Below are positions 8,226 to 15,249 of a stretch of DNA of 64,000 bases, in pieces; positions within the stretch are counted from its first letter, which is position 1, and every line of letters starts with the position of its first letter. The position numbers and the translations under genes were made by a program. The DNA lies in contig JAZNAL010000053.1 of the NCBI GenBank assembly GCA_045586505.1, positions 30,109 through 94,108 of the forward strand, read 5' to 3'. The notes below the pieces were generated by a model. It had not been told where the DNA came from. It was given only the letters and a program-made list of their open reading frames with translations, and made no database searches. This stretch comes from Candidatus Flemingiibacterium sp. (GTDB taxonomy: Bacteria; Bacillota; Clostridia; Oscillospirales; CAG-272).

Positions 8226-11200
8226 ATGAAAGGACTTTTAATTAAAATGAAGAAATTTACTAGTATGTTTCTAGCTCTTGCAATGTTTTTAACATTTGCA
8301 CCTATGACCGTTTTTGCGGCAGACACTGAAGTGTCTGTTGTTGAAACTGAAGAAACAGTAGTTAATACCGAGATGGAAGAAGCCGAGCCTGTCGTAACAG
8401 GTACTCCGGTTGCTTCTCTTAAAGAGGGTACATACGATGAGTCCCAGAAGGTGGCTCTGTCATCGGCTGTTCCGGGTGCAGAGATTTATTACACCACCGA
8501 CGGAAGCGAGCCTACCGTGGAAAGCAAGAAATACACGGGCGAATTCAGAATTTTCAGAACTACTACTCTGAAAGCGATTGCTGTAAAAGACGGTGAGATT
8601 TTAGGTGACGTGATGAGCGTTTCCTACACCTTGAATACAGGATACCTGAAGCTGCTTCTTTGTTTGATAGCTTCTATGATGTCAAGTAAAGATTTAGAAG
8701 CGCCTGAAACTCCCATTGAATCTGCGGAGCTTTGGGTGAATGAAGCTGCCGTTTCCGTTGCAAAAGTTGGCGATACCGTTACACTTGTAACAGTTCCTGA
8801 AGATGCAACAGGAACAATTACATGGTATGTGGGCGGTGCGGAAATAGAAAGCAACGCTGACTCCAAAACATATACCGTTACCGCTCTTGATATGGGCAAG
8901 ACCATTAAAGCTCAGATGGTGGGAACCGGTTCATATGAGGGAACTGCATCCGCCGAATGTACAGTTGCAAGCACTACCACGGTAACTGCCGAAGATATTA
9001 TGAGCGATGAGGTTGGCAGCAGCCCTGTTGTACTTACCAATGCAGATGATACTAAGTTCTTAGACGATAACGGCGATGAGGTGACCGTTGATGCTTCATC
9101 GACTCTTACGCTCACAATCGAAAATTCGGAAAAGGACGAAGAAGAAGTAACCGAAGCTACCACTTTGGTTGTAGAGAAGATCATAGAGGGTACTGATGCA
9201 GATGCCAGTGCGCTTTCCGACGTAACAGCTGTAGCAGTTGACGTTGATCTCCACCTTGACGATACCCCTGTGCATCCCGTAGGTGAGGTTACAGTAACTC
9301 TTTCTGCAAACCAATTAGGTCTTGAAGAGGGAACAGACCTCTCAAATTACGTATTCAAGGCAAAGCACACTAATAAAGAGAACACGGAAGAATATGTCGA
9401 CGGTGTCGTTGTTGAAATCGACGGTGTTCAGTATGTCCGTTTTGAACTTAACGGTCTCAGCACAATCTGGATCGGTAACGTACCCCCGAGAACGGTAAGC
9501 TTCTACAATACGGAAGCTGATGCAGACAATAAGGTGAACAGTATCGGCTCGGTTATCGTTAAGTTCGGCGATTTTACACCTACCTTGCAGATACCTACTC
9601 CTTCCCGTGCAGGTTACCTGTTCTGCGGCTGGAATTATGATATGACCCGCACCCCCATAATCACCAACCTCGAAGTTCACGCACTTTGGGTCGAGGGCGT
9701 AAAAATGCCCGCGGACAATATCGCCGCTGAACTCAGCGAGGCTACGGAAGCGGTGTCAGTTGAAATCAGCGACGGTCTTGTAAGCATTGACGGCAAAAAC
9801 GGCGAAATCGTTCCTGCAGGTCTTTCGGCAGAAATTACCGTAAATGCACCCGAAAATGCGGTTAAATATTATGTAGGCACAGACGCAGCTGAAGTTGCTG
9901 TATTCAACGACGCGGACGGCTATACTGCTGTATCCGATGAGGCAATCGGCTTTACCGTTGACGTAACCGATGATGACGGACTCGTGCTTGCCCTCTCCAC
10001 CACATACTATTATAAGTGGGTTGACGAGAACGGCGAAGTAATTGCGCTTCAGGAAGTTAAGGCGCAGGTTGCAAACGGCTCTGACACTGCAACCTCCAAG
10101 ACATATACCGTTGATGTAAACCGCGGTATCGGTACGTTTGAGGCATACCTCATTGACAGTGATGATCGCACCAAGGACTATGTAGCGTATATCAATAACA
10201 ATTTAATGGGAGACATGTACGGCTACACTTTACGAAACAGCGTCTCTTTTGACGGCTACGAAGTGGATTACGACTTCTCTGCCTATGACGCCTTAAAGCT
10301 TGTGTTCACTCCTTTTGAGGGGGAAACCTTTGATAATACGGACACTATTACGGCAGCGGGTGAATATTATGGCGAGAATGAATGGAACGATAACTGGACC
10401 GGAACATATGCGATCGAAGACGGAAAGTTAATCGTTACATATCCTTTCAACGTGTTAAATATGACCGATGACGGCGCCGATGTAATAATATCGGTTAATG
10501 ATGTTACTCAGGATATATACATTCATTGGGATCACGGCGAAGAAGCTTATACCCAGGAAGACGTAGTAGAGGTCGAGTGTGAAACCTGGGCAGAAGCTCT
10601 TACTGCAATTAAGAATGCTTCCGAGGAGAAGCAGTACAGTATAAACTGCACTGATAGTTCCGCAGTTACTCTTACAAGCTCTCTGAAGATTCCTGCAAAT
10701 GTTGACGTTGGTTTGCCTAATGTACCCAGCTTTACGGTTGCAAGAGGCGCAACACTTACCCTTACGGATGACAGCAACAAGGAGTGCGCATCTATTCTCT
10801 TGTTGGTCAAAGGCGATTTTATTGTTGAGAACGGCGGTGTTGTTACATCATCGTATGTTGGAGATAATGAAGGTGGACGTTGGTATCCGATGCTTGATGC
10901 GTACAACATTACATTCAAGTCGGGCGCAAGCTTAACTCTTCCCGAAGACACCCTGCTGTATATGAACAGCACCCACGGTTACACCGGTGCGGAAGACGGC
11001 GTTTGTACCTTTGAAAAGGGCTCAACCGTAAATAGCTCAGGCAATCTTAACATTCAGAACTTTGATGTTTTAAACCTGAACGGCACATTCAACTCCGCGA
11101 ACTACACATACCTCTATAACGATGAAACAAATATCGGCGGAGTCGTTAAACATACCGTAAACGGATATGGTTATCTTGAACTGTACGGAACTGTAAACGT

Positions 11201-11699
11201 ACTTGAAACCGGTTCGATTACCGTTAACAACACTTCTACGGCTGACCGCACCTATATGAATCTTGAAATCTACGGTCCGTTGACTAACAAAGGTACTATT
11301 GAGATAAAGAGTAAGGCGGCTGCCGTAATAATGAATAACGGATTTGTAAACTACAATATGGGAACAATTACCGTTGCAGAAGGCTGCTCCATTTCCACAA
11401 GCGGAACTAAGCTCATCAATACCGGTGTAATCAGCGGCGAAGGTGTGATATACGCATCACTCGGCGATGATTATACCAACTACGATGACGGTACCGAATA
11501 TGTTTACGTTGAAAACGGCGGACACTGGGATGAAGCTCTTAACAAATTCGTTTATGACCTGCTCAATTACTCTCGTTACAAATATACTCATGATCCCGAC
11601 GCAACGGTAGATGTAATCGTGTACCTTGCCGAGGTAGTAAATATGGGTGATGGCGAGTGTACACTTACTGTTGAGGCGGAAGAATTCCCGGAAATATAA
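8226..11699 (+). CDS. Large secreted protein (1157 aa) with a chitobiase/hexosaminidase-C-like domain, Ig-like modules, a Listeria-Bacteroides-type repeat and a C-terminal beta-helix-like repeat region
   Basis: Signal peptide MKKFTSMFLALAMFLTFAPMTVFA|AD. GTYDESQKVALSSAVPGAEIYYTTDGSEPTVESKKY matches the CHB_HEX_C-type domain. PSRAGYLFCGWNYDMT matches the Flg_new-type repeat. The C-terminal third has periodic G/N/T-rich strands (GATLTLTDD.., GGVVTSSYVG.., GSITVNNTS.., GTITVAEGCSIS..). The start is uncertain (8226 or 8247) because both have weak RBS spacing. Confidence 0.85.
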   Translation: MKGLLIKMKKFTSMFLALAMFLTFAPMTVFAADTEVSVVETEETVVNTEMEEAEPVVTGTPVASLKEGTYDESQKVALSSAVPGAEIYYTTDGSEPTVESKKYTGEFRIFRTTTLKAIAVKDGEILGDVMSVSYTLNTGYLKLLLCLIASMMSSKDLEAPETPIESAELWVNEAAVSVAKVGDTVTLVTVPEDATGTITWYVGGAEIESNADSKTYTVTALDMGKTIKAQMVGTGSYEGTASAECTVASTTTVTAEDIMSDEVGSSPVVLTNADDTKFLDDNGDEVTVDASSTLTLTIENSEKDEEEVTEATTLVVEKIIEGTDADASALSDVTAVAVDVDLHLDDTPVHPVGEVTVTLSANQLGLEEGTDLSNYVFKAKHTNKENTEEYVDGVVVEIDGVQYVRFELNGLSTIWIGNVPPRTVSFYNTEADADNKVNSIGSVIVKFGDFTPTLQIPTPSRAGYLFCGWNYDMTRTPIITNLEVHALWVEGVKMPADNIAAELSEATEAVSVEISDGLVSIDGKNGEIVPAGLSAEITVNAPENAVKYYVGTDAAEVAVFNDADGYTAVSDEAIGFTVDVTDDDGLVLALSTTYYYKWVDENGEVIALQEVKAQVANGSDTATSKTYTVDVNRGIGTFEAYLIDSDDRTKDYVAYINNNLMGDMYGYTLRNSVSFDGYEVDYDFSAYDALKLVFTPFEGETFDNTDTITAAGEYYGENEWNDNWTGTYAIEDGKLIVTYPFNVLNMTDDGADVIISVNDVTQDIYIHWDHGEEAYTQEDVVEVECETWAEALTAIKNASEEKQYSINCTDSSAVTLTSSLKIPANVDVGLPNVPSFTVARGATLTLTDDSNKECASILLLVKGDFIVENGGVVTSSYVGDNEGGRWYPMLDAYNITFKSGASLTLPEDTLLYMNSTHGYTGAEDGVCTFEKGSTVNSSGNLNIQNFDVLNLNGTFNSANYTYLYNDETNIGGVVKHTVNGYGYLELYGTVNVLETGSITVNNTSTADRTYMNLEIYGPLTNKGTIEIKSKAAAVIMNNGFVNYNMGTITVAEGCSISTSGTKLINTGVISGEGVIYASLGDDYTNYDDGTEYVYVENGGHWDEALNKFVYDLLNYSRYKYTHDPDATVDVIVYLAEVVNMGDGECTLTVEAEEFPEI

Positions 11700-11735
11700 G
11701 CAACGACAATTTCCCAACAGTCAAATGACGAAAAA

Positions 11736-11773
11736 GGAACACACACCCTTGTGGGTGTGTGTTCTGTTTTTTC
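11736..11773 (+). terminator. Rho-independent terminator
   Basis: GGAACACACACCC-TTGT-GGGTGTGTGTTC followed by TGTTTTTTC. Confidence 0.75.
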
Positions 11774-11852
11774 GCGTGTTCGTCTTACATTATCAAGTTC
11801 TTTTTGAGGTTTAATATTCTGGCCTTTCTCCCGGAGCATTGCGGAAAGGAGG

Positions 11853-12029
11853 ATGACCTATGCCGCGATTATAAAAGCCGTATGGGGAGAATATCCCCAC
11901 GAGGGCAGCATCAAGAAGCTGCAGGTCAATGTGGCGCACATCCGCAAAATATTCGGCGCACAGCCCATCGAGAGCAGTTATATCGTAAAGGAGCTTGGCG
12001 CGGGATACCGAATGGACGGAGACAAATAA
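11853..12029 (+). pseudogene. Orphan C-terminal fragment of an OmpR/KdpE-type response regulator (winged-helix tail only)
   Basis: The 58-codon ORF is below the track cutoff. It reads MTYAAIIKAVWGEYPHEGSIKKLQVNVAHIRKIFGAQPIESSYIVKELGAGYRMDGDK, matching the VWG...L.V.I..LR.K....P..I.T..G.GYR pattern of Trans_reg_C tails. There is no receiver domain and no kinase nearby. An in-frame stop lies 45 nt upstream of the ATG. Confidence 0.45.
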
Positions 12030-12062
12030 TGCACAATTTCTGAGGCGATTTAATTATATATC

Positions 12063-12111
12063 AAAATAAACGGATGCTCAATACCTTTCGGTAAAGAGCA
12101 TCCGCTTTTTT
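12063..12111. terminator. Bidirectional rho-independent terminator
   Basis: CGGATGCTC...(TACC/GGTA)...GAGCATCCG flanked by an A-run (left) and a T-run (right). It sits between convergent units. Confidence 0.7.
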
Positions 12112-12145
12112 ATATTTGAATACTTCTTGGTGAGATAGCCTCTTT

Positions 12146-14833
12146 TTATCTCGTTTTTCTATTATCTATCGCTCTGTGGATAACTTTGATTATTTCAACG
12201 ATCGGGATAATGAGAATAGCAAGACCGAATGCGATGCCGTACTCCATAAGGTCCAGATGTGCGAGCTCAAATGCTTTTGCTAAGAAGTCAACCTCGATTA
12301 CGAGCGTCGTGAGCAGGAGAGAGAGTATTCCTGCACCCCAGAGCCACCAGTTCTGTCCTTTCATTTTGAAAATCGAACCATGGAGCGATCTCATATTAAA
12401 CGCGTGGCATATCTCGCAAAGGGAAAGCGTAAGGAACGCCATAGACGTACCGAGCATTTCTGCGGAGTATGTTCCCTGTGCAATAGCCTCTGCGTGGTGA
12501 AGGTCTGCGAGATAATATCTGCCTATAAGGTAAGATACCATCGTAATGGCAGTAACAAGTACACCTTGATATGCAACCGCAAAGCCAAGCCCGCCGGCAA
12601 AGATGCCTTCTTTGCTGTCGCGGGGCTTACGCTTCATAATGCTTGCTTCGGGCTTTTCCATACCGAGAGCAAGTGCGGGGAAACAGTCTGTGATAAGGTT
12701 GATCCAAAGCAGATGAACGGGAGCAAAAATCGTAAATCCGAAGAGTGTAGCGAAGAAGATCGTCAGCACTTCCGACAAATTGGAGGCAAGAAGGAACTGA
12801 ATCGCTTTTCTGATATTATCGTAAATTCTGCGTCCTTCACCTGCGGCGGAAACGATAGTTGCAAAGTTGTCATCGGCAAGAATCATATCCGCTACGTTTT
12901 TGGTAACGTCCGTTCCGGTAATACCCATACCGACACCGATATCCGCGTTCTTGATCGAGGGCGCATCGTTAACGCCGTCGCCCGTCATAGCGGTAACCAT
13001 GCCTTTGCCTCTCCATGCGTTTACAATCCTTGTTTTGTGTTCCGGCTGAACACGGGCATAAACGCTGTATTTTTCAACTGCCGACTCGAAGTCTTCATCA
13101 GAAATATTATCAAGCTCAGCACCCGTGATAGCCCCTGAAGCATCCGTAATGATTCCCAGCTCTATTGCGATAGCAACAGCAGTATCCTTGTGGTCACCGG
13201 TGATCATGATGGGACGAATACCAGCATTTCGACACTCGTTGATCGCATCCTTAACCTCGGGACGCACAGGGTCGATCATACCCGCAAGACCGATAAAGCA
13301 AAGGTCACACTCAACGTGCTCCGAGTCATATACGGAAGGCTCGTCTGTAAGCTCCTTCTTAGCTGCCGCAAGTACGCGAAGCGCACGGTCAGCCATACCC
13401 TTGTTTGCAGTGAGGATGTTCGTGCGGATCTCCTCGGTCATTTCTACGATTTCACCGCCAATCAAAGCTTTCGTGCATCTCTTCAAAAGCTCATCGGGGG
13501 CGCCTTTTGTAAACTGAATCAGAGAACCGTCGGCGGTTCTGTGAATCGTTGACATCATCTTTCTGCCGGAATCAAAGGGAACCTCCCCGATTCTGACAAA
13601 TACGTTCTTTTGAGTGTTCTTGGAAAGACCTATGTTTTCGGCATAGTTGACAAGCGCACACTCGGTAGGCTCACCTACGGCAGTTTTTGCTTCGGTGTCA
13701 AATTCTGCGTCGGAGCAGAGGGACATAGCATTTGCAAGAAGGTTTTCGTCATCACCGAAGTGGTCAACGACGGTCATCTTATTCTGGGTAAGCGTACCTG
13801 TTTTATCCGAGCAGATAATCTGCGTACAGCCCAGCGTTTCAACGGCGGTAAGCTTGCGTATGATGGCGTTGCGCTTTGACATGTTGGTGACGCCAATCGA
13901 AAGAACGATGGTTACAACCGTGGCAAGACCTTCCGGAATTGCCGCAACCGCAAGAGAAATGGCGATCATAAAGGAATTGAGGATAGGCTCAAAACCGATA
14001 CCGTCACGAATGAGCTGAATTGCGAAAATGACCACACAAATACCGATAACGAGATAGGTGAGAACCTTGGAAAGACCTGCAAGCTTAATCTGGAGAGGTG
14101 TTTTGCCTTCTTCCGCTTGTGCAAGAGCGTTCGCAATCTTACCCATTTCGGTTTCCATGCCAGTGGCAGTTACAACAGCTTTACCGCGTCCGTAAACTAC
14201 GGTGGAGCCCATAAATACCATATTCTTTCTGTCACCGAGGGCAACGTCACCGCTTGCATCCGCCGTAAGTGCTTCAACCTTTTTGTCAACAGGAACCGAT
14301 TCGCCGGTAAGTGCCGCTTCTTCAATCTTCATAGAAGCACATTCGATAATTCGTGCGTCCGCCGGAACCGAGTCGCCGGCTTCCAGAACTATGATATCGC
14401 CGACAACAAGATCTTCGCTGGAAACGGTGATCTGTTTTCCGTCACGAATGACCTTGCTCTGGGCTTTTGACATTTCCTGCAATGCTTCGATTGCCTTTTC
14501 CGCTTTGCTTTCCTGAAAAACGCCTAAAATGGCATTGATAAGGACAACGGCAAGGATAATAACCACGTCAGACGGGAAGCCCATATGTCCCGAATGAACG
14601 CCCTCGTAGATTTCCACGCCTGCCGAAATTGCCGCAGCAACAAGCAGGATGATTGTCATCGGCTCGCAAAGCTGCTTGAAGAAGCGGTGAATTAACGACT
14701 CTTTCTTCGCTTCCATCAATTTGTTTTTGCCGTTTCGCTCAAGCCTTTCCTGCGCATTGGCGGCACTTAAGCCGTCTTTGCTGCCGTCGACGGCTTGAAT
14801 TACGTCATCGGCGTTGCTTAAATAATGTTTCAT
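12146..14833 (-). CDS. P2A-type cation-transporting P-type ATPase (Ca2+/Mn2+ pump family). The riboswitch context suggests Mn2+ efflux.
   Basis: 895 aa. Motifs CSDKTGTLTQNKM (phosphorylation site), TGDGVNDAPS, IPEGL in M4 and NLITDCFPALALG in M6. Cation_ATPase_N-type N-terminus. Confidence 0.95.
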   Translation of the reverse strand: MKHYLSNADDVIQAVDGSKDGLSAANAQERLERNGKNKLMEAKKESLIHRFFKQLCEPMTIILLVAAAISAGVEIYEGVHSGHMGFPSDVVIILAVVLINAILGVFQESKAEKAIEALQEMSKAQSKVIRDGKQITVSSEDLVVGDIIVLEAGDSVPADARIIECASMKIEEAALTGESVPVDKKVEALTADASGDVALGDRKNMVFMGSTVVYGRGKAVVTATGMETEMGKIANALAQAEEGKTPLQIKLAGLSKVLTYLVIGICVVIFAIQLIRDGIGFEPILNSFMIAISLAVAAIPEGLATVVTIVLSIGVTNMSKRNAIIRKLTAVETLGCTQIICSDKTGTLTQNKMTVVDHFGDDENLLANAMSLCSDAEFDTEAKTAVGEPTECALVNYAENIGLSKNTQKNVFVRIGEVPFDSGRKMMSTIHRTADGSLIQFTKGAPDELLKRCTKALIGGEIVEMTEEIRTNILTANKGMADRALRVLAAAKKELTDEPSVYDSEHVECDLCFIGLAGMIDPVRPEVKDAINECRNAGIRPIMITGDHKDTAVAIAIELGIITDASGAITGAELDNISDEDFESAVEKYSVYARVQPEHKTRIVNAWRGKGMVTAMTGDGVNDAPSIKNADIGVGMGITGTDVTKNVADMILADDNFATIVSAAGEGRRIYDNIRKAIQFLLASNLSEVLTIFFATLFGFTIFAPVHLLWINLITDCFPALALGMEKPEASIMKRKPRDSKEGIFAGGLGFAVAYQGVLVTAITMVSYLIGRYYLADLHHAEAIAQGTYSAEMLGTSMAFLTLSLCEICHAFNMRSLHGSIFKMKGQNWWLWGAGILSLLLTTLVIEVDFLAKAFELAHLDLMEYGIAFGLAILIIPIVEIIKVIHRAIDNRKTR

Positions 14834-14880
14834 GTTATCCCCCTTATATATTTATGTTATTTAATTATGGACAGAAATAT

Positions 14881-15004
14881 ACAAAAAAGACTTTTGTGAC
14901 GCTTCGCCACAAAAGTCTTGCCATCAAAAAAGATCCGCATAACCGGACTAAAAGTCGAGGTGACGGCTATCGGAAATGCAAAGCATTCAGCTACTCCCTT
15001 TTGT
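14881..15004 (-). promoter_or_regulatory. yybP-ykoY-like (Mn2+) riboswitch with terminator expression platform, in the ATPase leader
   Basis: The minus-strand leader reads ACAAAAGGGAGTAGCTGAATGC...GATGGCAAGACTTTTGTGGCGAAGCGTCACAAAAGTCTTTTTT. It has the GGGAGUAGC 5' motif and GCAAGAC 3' motif typical of this class. The 5' ACAAAAG can pair with CTTTTGT. That CTTTTGT is also part of the 5' arm of the terminator AGACTTTTGTG/CACAAAAGTCT plus U6, so the two structures are mutually exclusive (ON-switch logic). Confidence 0.6.
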
Positions 15005-15013
15005 AATACAATT

Positions 15014-15042
15014 ATTATATCATACAAATAAAAGCTTGTCAA
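15014..15042 (-). promoter_or_regulatory. Sigma-A-type promoter for the riboswitch/ATPase transcript
   Basis: The minus strand reads TTGACA, then 17 nt, then TGaTATAAT, ending about 10 nt before the aptamer 5' end. Confidence 0.6.
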
Positions 15043-15122
15043 TACTTTTTTAGATTTTCACAGATTATGAGAGATTATTTAAATAAAAAACAATAGGGCA
15101 GTATTTTCACTTATTTCAATTA

Positions 15123-15151
15123 TTGATAAATATCATCCTATTTGTTAATAT
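15123..15151 (+). promoter_or_regulatory. Candidate promoter for the pel supra-operon
   Basis: TTGATA, then 17 nt, then TGtTAATAT in the AT-rich 400-nt intergenic region. It lies about 95 nt upstream of pelD. Confidence 0.3.
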
Positions 15152-15249
15152 GTAATTAACATTTTGATGATAAAATTATCAATATAATAGGCGTTTTATA
15201 CTCTGCCGATGGTATTTGCAATTAATAGGGTGGTAAGGAGATGTTGACA

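Noticed and set aside
8630-8700. Hydrophobic YLKLLLCLIASMM stretch inside the secreted 1157-aa protein, considered as a frameshift signature
   Set aside because: Both alternative frames hit stop codons within this stretch (TGA at about 8633, TAA at about 8688). The annotated frame is therefore the only open one, and no evidence of an indel is visible.
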